Origin: an uncultured Candidatus Bathyarchaeia archaeon
GTDB lineage: Archaea; Thermoproteota; Bathyarchaeia; TCS64
Direction of reading: 5' to 3'
Assembly (NCBI GenBank): GCA_964529745.1
Contig: CAZGZR010000005.1
Span: 79-64,078, forward strand
DNA length: 64,000 nt
Shown: positions 28,240-36,032 of the stretch, one piece after another
Numbering within the stretch: the first letter of the stretch is position 1
Layout: each line of letters opens with the position of its first letter
Program-made: the position numbers and the translations under genes
The notes under the pieces: model-generated
Database searches by the model: none
What the model saw: only the letters and a program-made list of their open reading frames with translations
What the model was told of the DNA's origin: nothing

Positions 28240-28785
28240 CTAGAACCTCTTACCCGTCTCCCTGGCTTCCGCGAGGAGGCCCTCGTTGTCCCGCACGGGC
28301 CTCTGGTGGCTGCCGTAGCCCTTGAGGGAGCCTATTATCTGCATCCTCCAGTAGTTGGTCATCCTGCCGTTCATCCACTCCAGCACCTCGTCGTACGCGT
28401 TGGGGTGGTCCAGGCCGCAGGTGATGGCGGTGACGCACTTCACGCCCTCCGGGAAGAGCCTCCTGTACTCTGCGCCGTGGCTCATGCTGTAGTAGTAGAG
28501 GCGGTCGATGAACAGCTTGGTGCGGCTGCTGACGTAGTCGTAGTAGATGGGGGTGCCCATGACCAGGCCGCCCATGGTCTCCAGGTGGGGCATCAGCGAC
28601 TGGAAGTCGTCTTCAGGGTACACGTAGCCGTCCTCACCGTATTCCAGGGGCCTGATCTCCATGTCGCTGAGGTAGAATACGTGGGTCTCGTTGCCCGCAT
28701 CCCTCGCGCCGGCGAGGGCCTCCTCGACGAGCCTAGCCGTGTTGCCGTCGCGGCGGGGGCTGCCCACCAAGCCTATGACTTTCAT
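28240..28785 (-). CDS. Flavodoxin-like NADPH-dependent FMN reductase family protein
   Basis: 181 aa. N-terminal MKVIGLVGSPRRDGNT motif typical of NAD(P)H-dependent FMN reductases and iron-sulfur flavoproteins. Confidence 0.75.
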   Translation of the reverse strand: MKVIGLVGSPRRDGNTARLVEEALAGARDAGNETHVFYLSDMEIRPLEYGEDGYVYPEDDFQSLMPHLETMGGLVMGTPIYYDYVSSRTKLFIDRLYYYSMSHGAEYRRLFPEGVKCVTAITCGLDHPNAYDEVLEWMNGRMTNYWRMQIIGSLKGYGSHQRPVRDNEGLLAEARETGKRF

Positions 28786-28865
28786 GGTGGTACCGGATCA
28801 ACGTAGGGATATAAAGGTTCAATTCAGGTGGTTACCCTTATCCGATCCTAGCCTGATCCACCTCT

Positions 28866-29804
28866 ATGAAACGCTTCAACGTTGAGGGGAGCTGGCCGGC
28901 CCTCGTCACGCCCATGACGACCGGGGACGAGGTGGATTATGGGGTGCTGCGGCAGCTCGTCGGGTTCCAGGCAGAGAACGGCAGCGCGGGGGTATTGTTG
29001 CTGGGGTCCACCGGGGAAGCCATAATGCTCACAGGCGATGAGCGGAGGAAGATCATTGATACTGTGCTGGACGAGGCGAACGACAAGACCCCTGTAATGG
29101 TTGGCGTAGCGGCCGTCACCACCAGACAGACCATCGATAACGCGAGATACGCGAAGGAAGCCGGGGCCGCCGCCGGACTCGTAGTTCAGCCTCCATACAT
29201 CAAGCCGACACAGACCGCCCTATATCAATACTTCAAGGACGTCGCTGACACAGTAGACATGCCCTTCGTAATCTACAACAACCCGGAGCGCTGCGGCGTC
29301 AACGTCGAGCCCGAGACCATCGCCCGGCTAGCGCAGCACCAGAACATCGTAGCCGTCAAGGAGGCCGGCCCCAACCCGTATGGCGTGATGAGGACCGTCG
29401 AGCTCACACGGGGCGGGTTCAACGTCCTCTGCTGCGACTGCCCCTTCTACGCGCTGATACCAGTCGTCATGAGCTCAGGCGGCAAGGGGACAAGCAACGT
29501 CACGGGGAGCCTGTGCCCCAGGGAGATGGCCGAGATCAGCAAGCCCTGGGAGGGCTACGGGGACGCCGAGACCATGCGGGAGTACCTGTACAGGTACCTG
29601 CCCCTCATGAGGATGATGTACAGCGAGTCCAACCCGGTCCCCCTCAAATGGGCGCTGAACCAGGTGGGGGCGAACGTGGGGAAACCCCGTAAACCGCTGC
29701 AGGAGCTGGGCGAGGCGAACCAGCGCGCCATGCACCAGACAATGGAGCGCCTCGGGATACTGAACGAGGACAGCTACCAGCGGGAGTACTTCTCAAGAAG
29801 ATAA
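28866..29804 (+). CDS. Dihydrodipicolinate synthase / N-acetylneuraminate lyase family (class I aldolase)
   Basis: 312 aa. GSTGE motif (LLLGSTGEAIML), YNNP (FVIYNNPERCG) and Schiff-base Lys context (IVAVKEA). Confidence 0.8.
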   Translation: MKRFNVEGSWPALVTPMTTGDEVDYGVLRQLVGFQAENGSAGVLLLGSTGEAIMLTGDERRKIIDTVLDEANDKTPVMVGVAAVTTRQTIDNARYAKEAGAAAGLVVQPPYIKPTQTALYQYFKDVADTVDMPFVIYNNPERCGVNVEPETIARLAQHQNIVAVKEAGPNPYGVMRTVELTRGGFNVLCCDCPFYALIPVVMSSGGKGTSNVTGSLCPREMAEISKPWEGYGDAETMREYLYRYLPLMRMMYSESNPVPLKWALNQVGANVGKPRKPLQELGEANQRAMHQTMERLGILNEDSYQREYFSRR

Positions 29805-30215
29805 TATATTTTAACTGTTTTTTCTTTTTAACCATCTTTAAATGAATTGTTGTAATTCTTTGTATATTTCTAATATCGATTCCTTTTTCCCACTGAACTC
29901 TAATTTTTTCCTTGTTGTCGTGATGTTTACTATCCCTTTCTTCGATACGATTCCCTTCTCGTTGAAAACCATGTCTACGATGTCGCTGATGTTTTCGGAA
30001 ATGATATTATCTTTTTTGAAGATCAAGCCTTTTTGCCTGTGCCATATGACACGTCGATCGGTTATCATGAAGTAGTATTTTCCTCCTTGATATTCCACTG
30101 GTTCCGGGCTTGAGTACCTTACACTTTCTCCTGGCATAAGAAAATCTTCGAGTGGCATACATATTCAAATTTTTATGTAAATATAAAACTTTATCGAGTG
30201 CTGGATCATAAAAAT
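29805..30215. other. AT-rich compositional island 2 (carries a PH-like gene)
   Basis: About 410 bp of AT-rich sequence between two GC-rich genes, starting right after the stop at 29804 and ending before the GYD gene. Boundaries judged by eye. Confidence 0.65.
29838..30158 (-). CDS. Bacterial-type PH-domain (DUF304/bPH-like) small protein
   Basis: 106 aa. GESVRYSS...YYFMITDRRVIWHRQKGLIFKKDNIISENISDIVDM pattern typical of bPH domains. AT-rich codons. Confidence 0.55.
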   Translation of the reverse strand: MPLEDFLMPGESVRYSSPEPVEYQGGKYYFMITDRRVIWHRQKGLIFKKDNIISENISDIVDMVFNEKGIVSKKGIVNITTTRKKLEFSGKKESILEIYKELQQFI

Positions 30216-30223
30216 AGGAGGGG

Positions 30224-30508
30224 TTACTTCAGCTTATCTATGAGGTGGTCGATGGTAACGGCGGGCATGCTCAGTATCTTGATGGTGCCCCTGCTCCCCA
30301 GCTCGACGCTCATCTTGAACACCGAGTCGTTGTCGGGGGCCTCCACTATGTTCACGAAGTCGTAGGGGCCGAGGACGGCGTACTGCTCCAGAACCTTGAC
30401 GCCGAAGGCCTCGATCTCCTTGTTGACCTCCTTGATTCGCTCAGGCTTGCTCTTCAGGGTCTTCTGTCCGTCGGGTGTCAACGTTGATAAGAGGATGTAC
30501 TTGGCCAC
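30224..30508 (-). CDS. GYD-domain protein
   Basis: 94 aa from GTG 30508 (MAKYILLSTLTPDG...AVLGPYDFVNIVEAPDND), matching GYD family length and the G-x-YD motif. The track ORF extends 11 codons further upstream. Confidence 0.75.
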   Translation of the reverse strand: MAKYILLSTLTPDGQKTLKSKPERIKEVNKEIEAFGVKVLEQYAVLGPYDFVNIVEAPDNDSVFKMSVELGSRGTIKILSMPAVTIDHLIDKLK

Positions 30509-30609
30509 TGTATACACCAAGATGACGTTGAAGAGGGGCACTGATATGGTTATCGATCGTTACGCCGACAGAAACATCACATGTCCGGGCTTCGCTGCGA
30601 CCACAATCA

Positions 30610-31224
30610 TCACTGACGTTCTAAGAGAGTTCGCACTATCTTGATCATCATGTCTATGAACTCCCGTTCGGAGCCGAACGTCGCCTCAACGTAGACGAAC
30701 CGGTGCATAAGGGCGTCGATTACCTTGTTGACTCTCGACTCCTTGCCTTCGAGGCTTAGACCCTCCTCTGGGTGCCTCTCCAAGAGGGTTCTAAGAACCC
30801 TGGTAACGGGCTCCGCATCGGATCTCATCATCTCCTCCACCTCGATGGAATCGGCGACACGATCGTATGCGACCAGGTTCGACAGCACCTCGCTATCCAT
30901 CGCGGCGAGGACCAGCCTTTCCTCGCGATGGATCTCGATCAGGGTCTCCAAGAGCAGTTCAAGTCCCTGATTGAGAGACGCCGTCCCCCTTAGACGCTTC
31001 TGGGGGAGTCTTTCCTCGAACCTCTTCACGTATTTTTCGGCAATTTGTTCACGTATCTCCATGAGTATGGAAGTCTTGCCGTTCGGGAAATGGTAGTAGA
31101 GGGTCCCGATGCTTACCCCTGCCTCGTGGGCTATCTCGTTGACGTTGAGGTTGGCGTAGCCCACCCTGCTGAACATCTCTTCTGCGACGCGTAGTATGTT
31201 TTTCTTGGCCCTGGACTCCCTCAT
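30610..31224 (-). CDS. TetR/AcrR-family transcriptional regulator
   Basis: 204 aa. N-terminal HTH ILRVAEEMFSRVGYANLNVNEIAHEAGVSIGTLYYHFPNGK. Confidence 0.85.
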   Translation of the reverse strand: MRESRAKKNILRVAEEMFSRVGYANLNVNEIAHEAGVSIGTLYYHFPNGKTSILMEIREQIAEKYVKRFEERLPQKRLRGTASLNQGLELLLETLIEIHREERLVLAAMDSEVLSNLVAYDRVADSIEVEEMMRSDAEPVTRVLRTLLERHPEEGLSLEGKESRVNKVIDALMHRFVYVEATFGSEREFIDMMIKIVRTLLERQ

Positions 31225-31256
31225 TGTATAGCTCTTTGTGGTTCCACGATTTAGAT

Positions 31257-31329
31257 ATTTCGAGTTCGAGTCGAAATCGACATATTTATATCCGCCTCCA
31301 ACATACTCGAATTCGAGTCAAACTCGAAT
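31257..31329. promoter_or_regulatory. Candidate TetR operator array in a divergent promoter
   Basis: Five copies of the half-site ACTCGAA/TTCGAGT. These comprise an inverted repeat ATTTCGA-N7-TCGAAAT at 31257-31277, a perfect 14-bp palindrome ACTCGAATTCGAGT at 31305-31318, and an extra half-site at 31322-31329. Confidence 0.5.
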
Positions 31330-31332
31330 ACC

Positions 31333-32160
31333 GTGAACATCATGACCCAGGAAAGCGATCAGACCGAGCAGCACTTCTTCGATTTCGCCGCCGAGGCGGG
31401 CCTGACGAAGCACTTCGGCGGCCTAGAGGCGACGGAGGAACTCGTCGATCTATGCGGAATAGGGGAGGACAGCTATGTCCTGGACGTCGGCTGCGGCGTC
31501 GGGCAGACGCCATGCTACCTCGCCAAGAAGCATGGCTGCAGGGTGGTCGGCGTTGACATCAACGAGGGGATGATCGAGAGATCCCGGGAGACGGCGGAGA
31601 GGGAGGGAGTAACGGAAAAGACGGAGTTCAGGGTCGCTGACGCTCAGAACCTTCCCTTCATGGACGGAACCTTCGACGCCGTCGTCACGGAGTCCGTGAC
31701 CGTCTTCCCGGAGGACAAGCAGAAGGCCGTCGGGGAGTACACGCGGGTGACGAAGACCGGCGGCCACGTCGGGCTCAACGAGGCGACTTGGCTGAAGACG
31801 CCGCCTCCACCCGAGATAATCGCGTGGGCGTCCCAGGATCTTGGTGCGTGCGTGAAGCCTCTAACCTCTGATGAGTGGGCTGGTCTACTGGAGGAAGCCG
31901 GACTGACAGATATAGTCGTGAAAGTCCGTGAGGTCAGGCCACGTAGAGAGGCGAGGGGGCTTGTCCGCAGGTACGGCTACCTGGGGATGCTGCGAAGCCT
32001 CTTCAGAGCCGCTTCTCTGTATCTGAGGAGTCCAGCCTACAGGAGGTTCGTGAAGGAAGTGCGGAAGGAAGGCATCACCCCCGACAACCTTGAAGAGTAT
32101 CTGGGATACGGCCTGTTCGTCGGGAGAAAGGAGCAGCGCGATGCCCTAGGCGAGATATGA
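31333..32160 (+). CDS. Class I SAM-dependent methyltransferase
   Basis: 275 aa with GTG start. Motif I VLDVGCGVGQT and acidic motif II region. Confidence 0.8.
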   Translation: MNIMTQESDQTEQHFFDFAAEAGLTKHFGGLEATEELVDLCGIGEDSYVLDVGCGVGQTPCYLAKKHGCRVVGVDINEGMIERSRETAEREGVTEKTEFRVADAQNLPFMDGTFDAVVTESVTVFPEDKQKAVGEYTRVTKTGGHVGLNEATWLKTPPPPEIIAWASQDLGACVKPLTSDEWAGLLEEAGLTDIVVKVREVRPRREARGLVRRYGYLGMLRSLFRAASLYLRSPAYRRFVKEVRKEGITPDNLEEYLGYGLFVGRKEQRDALGEI

Positions 32161-32232
32161 ACCCACAACCATCGACTCGCTGATAGGGCCCGGCTCTTCC
32201 ATATGCTCTCGTGCTCTTGGCCGCCAAATCGG

Positions 32233-32276
32233 GTGGGAATAATATTATAAGTGGGAACCATATATAAAAGTGGGAA
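32233..32276 (+). promoter_or_regulatory. Three direct GTGGGAA repeats in the vapBC promoter/start region
   Basis: GTGGGAA at 32233-32239, 32251-32257 and 32270-32276, spaced 18 and 19 bp with AT-rich spacers. The last copy overlaps the vapB start. Confidence 0.35.
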
Positions 32277-32524
32277 TGGCCGAGATAGTGAAGGTGGACG
32301 CCAAAGGCCGCGTGCTCATACCCAAGAAGCTGAGAACCAAGGCGGAGATCACTGAAGGCGGCTACGTCAAGGTGGAGGCAGACGAGAACAGGATCGTCAT
32401 CAAGCCCTTGGAGCCCGTCGCCGAGAAGTACTACGGCGCCTTCGAGGTGGACTCGTGGCCGGACGATCTCGACGCGTATATCACGGAGGCGCTGAGGAAG
32501 GAGTGGACCCGGAAGCGTACCTAG
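32270..32524 (+). CDS. vapB: AbrB/SpoVT-family antitoxin (VapB)
   Basis: 84 aa. VKVDAKGRVLIPKKLRTKAEITEGGYV swapped-hairpin motif. ATG at 32276 is an alternative start. Confidence 0.8.
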   Translation: MGMAEIVKVDAKGRVLIPKKLRTKAEITEGGYVKVEADENRIVIKPLEPVAEKYYGAFEVDSWPDDLDAYITEALRKEWTRKRT

Positions 32525-32922
32525 ACGTAAACGTGTTCGTCTACTGGCTCGGGGGCCACCCCGCATATGGCGCACAGGCTCACCGGTGGATAAAAGCGGT
32601 GCAGAACAGCGTCGGGGCGAGGTACACCACCTCGACCCTCTCGCTCTACCAGGTCCTCGTGGTGATGGCCGGCCTCACAGGCACGACCTTGAGCGACGCC
32701 GGGTTCGTGGAAAAGGTTCACACGGCCATCACGGGCCTGCCGGGGCTCCAGATGGTGCCCCTGACATCGAGTCACTTCTCAAGAGCCTTGGATCTGATGC
32801 AGATATACGGCGTTGACTACGAGGATGCGCTCCACCTGGCCGTGGCCATGGACGAGGGTCTAAACAAGATCGTGTCCAACGACAAAGACTTCGATAAGAC
32901 ACCGTTGAACCGTGTGTTTTAG
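32503..32922 (+). CDS. vapC: PIN-domain toxin (VapC family)
   Basis: About 139 aa from GTG 32503 (VDPEAYLDVNVFVYWL...). C-terminal SNDKDFD acidic motif. Overlaps the vapB 3' end. The track ORF starts at 32455. Confidence 0.75.
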   Translation: MDPEAYLDVNVFVYWLGGHPAYGAQAHRWIKAVQNSVGARYTTSTLSLYQVLVVMAGLTGTTLSDAGFVEKVHTAITGLPGLQMVPLTSSHFSRALDLMQIYGVDYEDALHLAVAMDEGLNKIVSNDKDFDKTPLNRVF

Positions 32923-32923
32923 G

Positions 32924-32968
32924 TGGAGCCTCGAGCGGGATTTGAACCCGCGGCCTACAACTTACGAG
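32924..32968 (-). repeat. Partial copy (3' 45 nt) of tRNA-Thr(CGU); distal att-like direct repeat
   Basis: TGGAGCCTCGAGCGGGATTTGAACCCGCGGCCTACAaCTTACGAG matches 34640-34684 at 44 of 45 positions. It corresponds to tRNA positions 32-76 and starts 2 nt after the vapC stop. Confidence 0.85.
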
Positions 32969-33055
32969 ATTAACATAATAGTCACTAAATCACAAGAACG
33001 AGTTTTTAATTATGTAATTTAATTTACTGTAAAAATTTTTTTAAGGTAATAAATC

Positions 33056-34219
33056 ATGTTTTTAAAGACTAACTTGAGTTATTTTACTAAATTAAAAAAT
33101 GAACAAATGTTGTGCTATCAAAACATTATAAATGATATTGATATTTATAGAACTCGCACTACAAATCCATGTCATCATGAATCGCTAAGAATATTTCGCC
33201 GTATAGTTGAGAATAATCTTGATGACATAACAGACTTAGAGCCTCCCTTATTCGAAAGTTTACAACTTGTATCGTATGCACATTTTAATATTAAAGAATT
33301 AGAGCCAAATTTAACTGATTTATCTTTAAGATTTGGTCCTTCAAAGATTCGTTTCAGATACGTTTACAATTTTATCGATAAAATTTGTGATGAAATAGTT
33401 GATCGTTCTAACATTGGAATACACCCCCATCCTTATTTAGGTATATTTGGTGGAGAACGATATAGAAACTCTTATCCAATGAATTTTATTTGTTGTAGAT
33501 TAACAGATTATTATAGATTCTGGCATTTAGGTTTATTAGGGCATGAGTTAGGGCATTCTATTTTAAAGTATTATTTTGAGCCAGATCCCGTATTTCATCA
33601 AACACCATTTGATGAACAGGGTCAACCTATCATTGAACAAATTGTTGAAAATTGGGAGATTGAAATAATTGCTGACATGATTGGTACGTTAACTGTCGGT
33701 CCTACTTTGTTGTTTTCTCATGCTATGATGCCAACTTTTTGGGTTTTTCACCCTAGACGTGAAGCTGAGTATTTAAGAACATTCCATACGCATCCACCAT
33801 GCGAATTTCGTTTTTATATACATGATAAAATACTTGACGACCTTGACTTGTCAAATGAATTTCCACTGCCTGATTTGTTTGGATTTTTCAGAAACATTGA
33901 TTTCTCAGAAAGTGAGGATTATAGAATATTATTTAATCAAAGACTAGATAATATTCGTAATTTTCAGGATATCATCAATGAGAAATTTGAACGAATTTAT
34001 CCAATATTAAAAGAAAATATTCGTTATTTTAATGTTGATGATTGGCAAAATAGTAAAGAAATTGCACAGATTCTCAATGAAAACGGTGATATTTCTTTAG
34101 ACCAATATTCACCTATTCAAATTCTTAACGGAATAATATTAATTAAGCCTAATGAATTGACTTCTGTACTTGAAGAAGAGATTATGGATAGAATCTTACC
34201 AATATTTACTTGTTTATAA
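33056..34219 (+). CDS. HEXXH zinc-metallopeptidase-like protein (ImmA/IrrE-like core, tentative)
   Basis: 387 aa. WHLGLLGHELGHSIL (HEXXH) followed about 45 aa later by ENWEIEIIADMIG (an E-x-x-A-D-x-x-G type third-ligand region). Flanking N- and C-terminal regions not recognised. AT-rich codons. Confidence 0.55.
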   Translation: MFLKTNLSYFTKLKNEQMLCYQNIINDIDIYRTRTTNPCHHESLRIFRRIVENNLDDITDLEPPLFESLQLVSYAHFNIKELEPNLTDLSLRFGPSKIRFRYVYNFIDKICDEIVDRSNIGIHPHPYLGIFGGERYRNSYPMNFICCRLTDYYRFWHLGLLGHELGHSILKYYFEPDPVFHQTPFDEQGQPIIEQIVENWEIEIIADMIGTLTVGPTLLFSHAMMPTFWVFHPRREAEYLRTFHTHPPCEFRFYIHDKILDDLDLSNEFPLPDLFGFFRNIDFSESEDYRILFNQRLDNIRNFQDIINEKFERIYPILKENIRYFNVDDWQNSKEIAQILNENGDISLDQYSPIQILNGIILIKPNELTSVLEEEIMDRILPIFTCL

Positions 34220-34278
34220 ATATCACACACACACAACTTTTATTAAGTTGAAACGCGTTACAACTTAATTGATACTAA

Positions 34279-34605
34279 ATGAAAAAAAAGGCTAGTGAGA
34301 TCCCTGTAAGTGTTAGCTCCGAGACTGAGAAGATGGTTAAATTAATAAAAGAACAGTTTTCAGAGATTTTTCTAGCGACAACCTATGCAACTAAGCAAGA
34401 TAGGAAACGTGCTCTTTATAATTGCTTAGAAGAAGGGGTAGATTATACCGTAAAAGAATTACAAAATGAATTTATGCGTAGATATTCCATCCCAATCAGT
34501 CGAGTAGCTATAAACACATACGTAAATGAATTAGAAGCGGAGGGTAAAGTTGTTTTCACTAGGCAAGGCCTTGGTGGATTAAAAATAATTAGACTCTCCG
34601 AATAA
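34279..34605 (+). CDS. Small winged-helix DNA-binding protein
   Basis: 108 aa. YTVKELQNEFMRRYSIPISRVAINTYVNELEAEGKVVF looks like an HTH plus wing. 59 bp downstream of the HEXXH gene on the same strand. Confidence 0.5.
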   Translation: MKKKASEIPVSVSSETEKMVKLIKEQFSEIFLATTYATKQDRKRALYNCLEEGVDYTVKELQNEFMRRYSIPISRVAINTYVNELEAEGKVVFTRQGLGGLKIIRLSE

Positions 34606-34639
34606 CTTTTTCCCTATTTACCTATTATCATAATATAAA

Positions 34640-34715
34640 TGGAGCCTCGAGCGGGATTTGAACCCGCGGCCTACAGCTTACGAGGCTGCCGCTCTGGCCA
34701 CTGAGCTACCGAGGC
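34640..34715 (-). tRNA. tRNA-Thr (anticodon CGU), CCA encoded
   Basis: Manual fold: acceptor GCCUCGG/UCGAGGC, anticodon stem GCAGC/GCUGU, loop CUCGUAA, T-arm GCGGG-UUCAAAU-CCCGC, 3' UCCA. 76 nt. Confidence 0.9.
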
Positions 34716-34763
34716 GCCCTTGAAGGTATGAAAGAGATAGAATTTAAGAGATATGGTCCGGGG

Positions 34764-35927
34764 CTAGGCGCTGTAGGATATGACGCCCTTCTTCATGAGG
34801 TCCCTTATCTTTTCGTCGTCGAACCCCATGAGCTCCTTCAGCAGTTCCTCGTTGTTCTGCCCCAGCACGGGCGCCGGGGTCCGCAGCACGGGCTGGGTCT
34901 CGCTGAACTTCAGCGGGAAGTTGATGAGCTTGATCTTTCCAGCCAGCGGGTGCTCCAGCTCAACGAACATGTCCCGTGCTATGACGTGGGGGTCCTTGAT
35001 GGTCTCGTCCACGTGGTAGATGGGTGCGCAGGGGAGCCCGATGCTGGTGAACGTCTCCACGGCCTCGTCGCGGGTCATCTCCGCCACCTTCTCCTTCATC
35101 ATCTCCTGGCTGATGTCGTCGAGTTCCACGCCCATGTGCTGGACTATCCTGTCCAGCGCCCTGGGCCCGAACGCCGCGATCCTTACGTAGCCGCCGTCCT
35201 TGGTCTTGAATATGCCCCCCGCTCCCCTGCCCCTGGGAAACTTCTCCCTGAGCTCACGGGGCTTCATCCCGGAGAGCAGGTAGCCAGTTATTGCGGTGTT
35301 GTAGGCGACCATGCAATCAAGCTGGGCGACGTCGATCATCTGTCCCTTCCCCGTCTTGTCCCTGAACCTCAGCGCCGCGAGTATCGCCATAGTCGCCATG
35401 GTGCCGGGGCCCAGGTCCCCGTAGGCCTGGGCCATCTCGACGGGAGGCCCCTCCGGGTCCGCGTTCTCGCCGGTGAGCATGGTGTGACCGCTCATGGCCT
35501 CCGCGATCATGGCGTAGCTCCTCCACTCCCTGTAAGGGCCTGTCTGGCCGAAGCCGCTGAGCGCCGCGTAGATTATCCCCGGGTTAAGCTCCTTGAGCAC
35601 CTCGTAGCCCAGGCCCAGGCTCTCCATGGTGCCCGGGCTGAAGTTCTGGACGACCACGTCGCTCTTCTTCACCAGCTCCTTGAATATCTCCAGCCCCTCG
35701 GGGTCCTTGAGGTTGAGGGTCAGGTCCTTCTTGTTGATGTTCAGGTGGTGGAAGGTGTAGCTGGCGCCGCCGAAAAGGGCCCCCTCGGCGAGCCTGTCTA
35801 TCGCCCCCCAGGGGGGCTCGATCCTTATCACCTCGGCGCCCATGTCCGCCAACATCATGGTCGCCCATGGGCCGAACCACACGTGGGAGAGGTCGAGCAC
35901 CCTTATGTCTTCAAGAGGCATGTTCAT
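34764..35927 (-). CDS. Family III CoA-transferase (CaiB/BaiF family)
   Basis: 387 aa. N-terminal LEDIRVLDLSHVWFGPWATMMLADMGAEVIRIE signature of CaiB/BaiF proteins. Confidence 0.85.
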   Translation of the reverse strand: MNMPLEDIRVLDLSHVWFGPWATMMLADMGAEVIRIEPPWGAIDRLAEGALFGGASYTFHHLNINKKDLTLNLKDPEGLEIFKELVKKSDVVVQNFSPGTMESLGLGYEVLKELNPGIIYAALSGFGQTGPYREWRSYAMIAEAMSGHTMLTGENADPEGPPVEMAQAYGDLGPGTMATMAILAALRFRDKTGKGQMIDVAQLDCMVAYNTAITGYLLSGMKPRELREKFPRGRGAGGIFKTKDGGYVRIAAFGPRALDRIVQHMGVELDDISQEMMKEKVAEMTRDEAVETFTSIGLPCAPIYHVDETIKDPHVIARDMFVELEHPLAGKIKLINFPLKFSETQPVLRTPAPVLGQNNEELLKELMGFDDEKIRDLMKKGVISYSA

Positions 35928-36032
35928 TCTGTTTCGACTCCGATCACTATACGACCGCTAGTCATAGTATATTATGTTTACCTAAATACTGAAAAACTAA
36001 AAACCTGAAAGGCTACAAACATCTGATCGTAC

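Larger units (their letters stand above)
32924..34684. mobile_element. Integrase-less AT-rich integrated cassette at tRNA-Thr(CGU)
   Basis: 1671 bp (32969-34639) of very AT-rich DNA between 45-bp direct repeats of the tRNA 3' half. Only two ORFs of 60 aa or more lie inside, neither integrase-like. Confidence 0.6.

Noticed and set aside
34224-34235. (CA)6 microsatellite just after the HEXXH gene stop.
   Set aside because: Very short simple repeat with no evidence of function or phase variation. It lies outside the coding sequence.
32969-34639. SSV-type integrase split by integration (Int-N/Int-C halves abutting the att sites).
   Set aside because: Neither cassette ORF reaches the att repeats (gaps of 87 and 34 bp). 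Neither shows tyrosine-recombinase motifs, and both ORFs appear intact.
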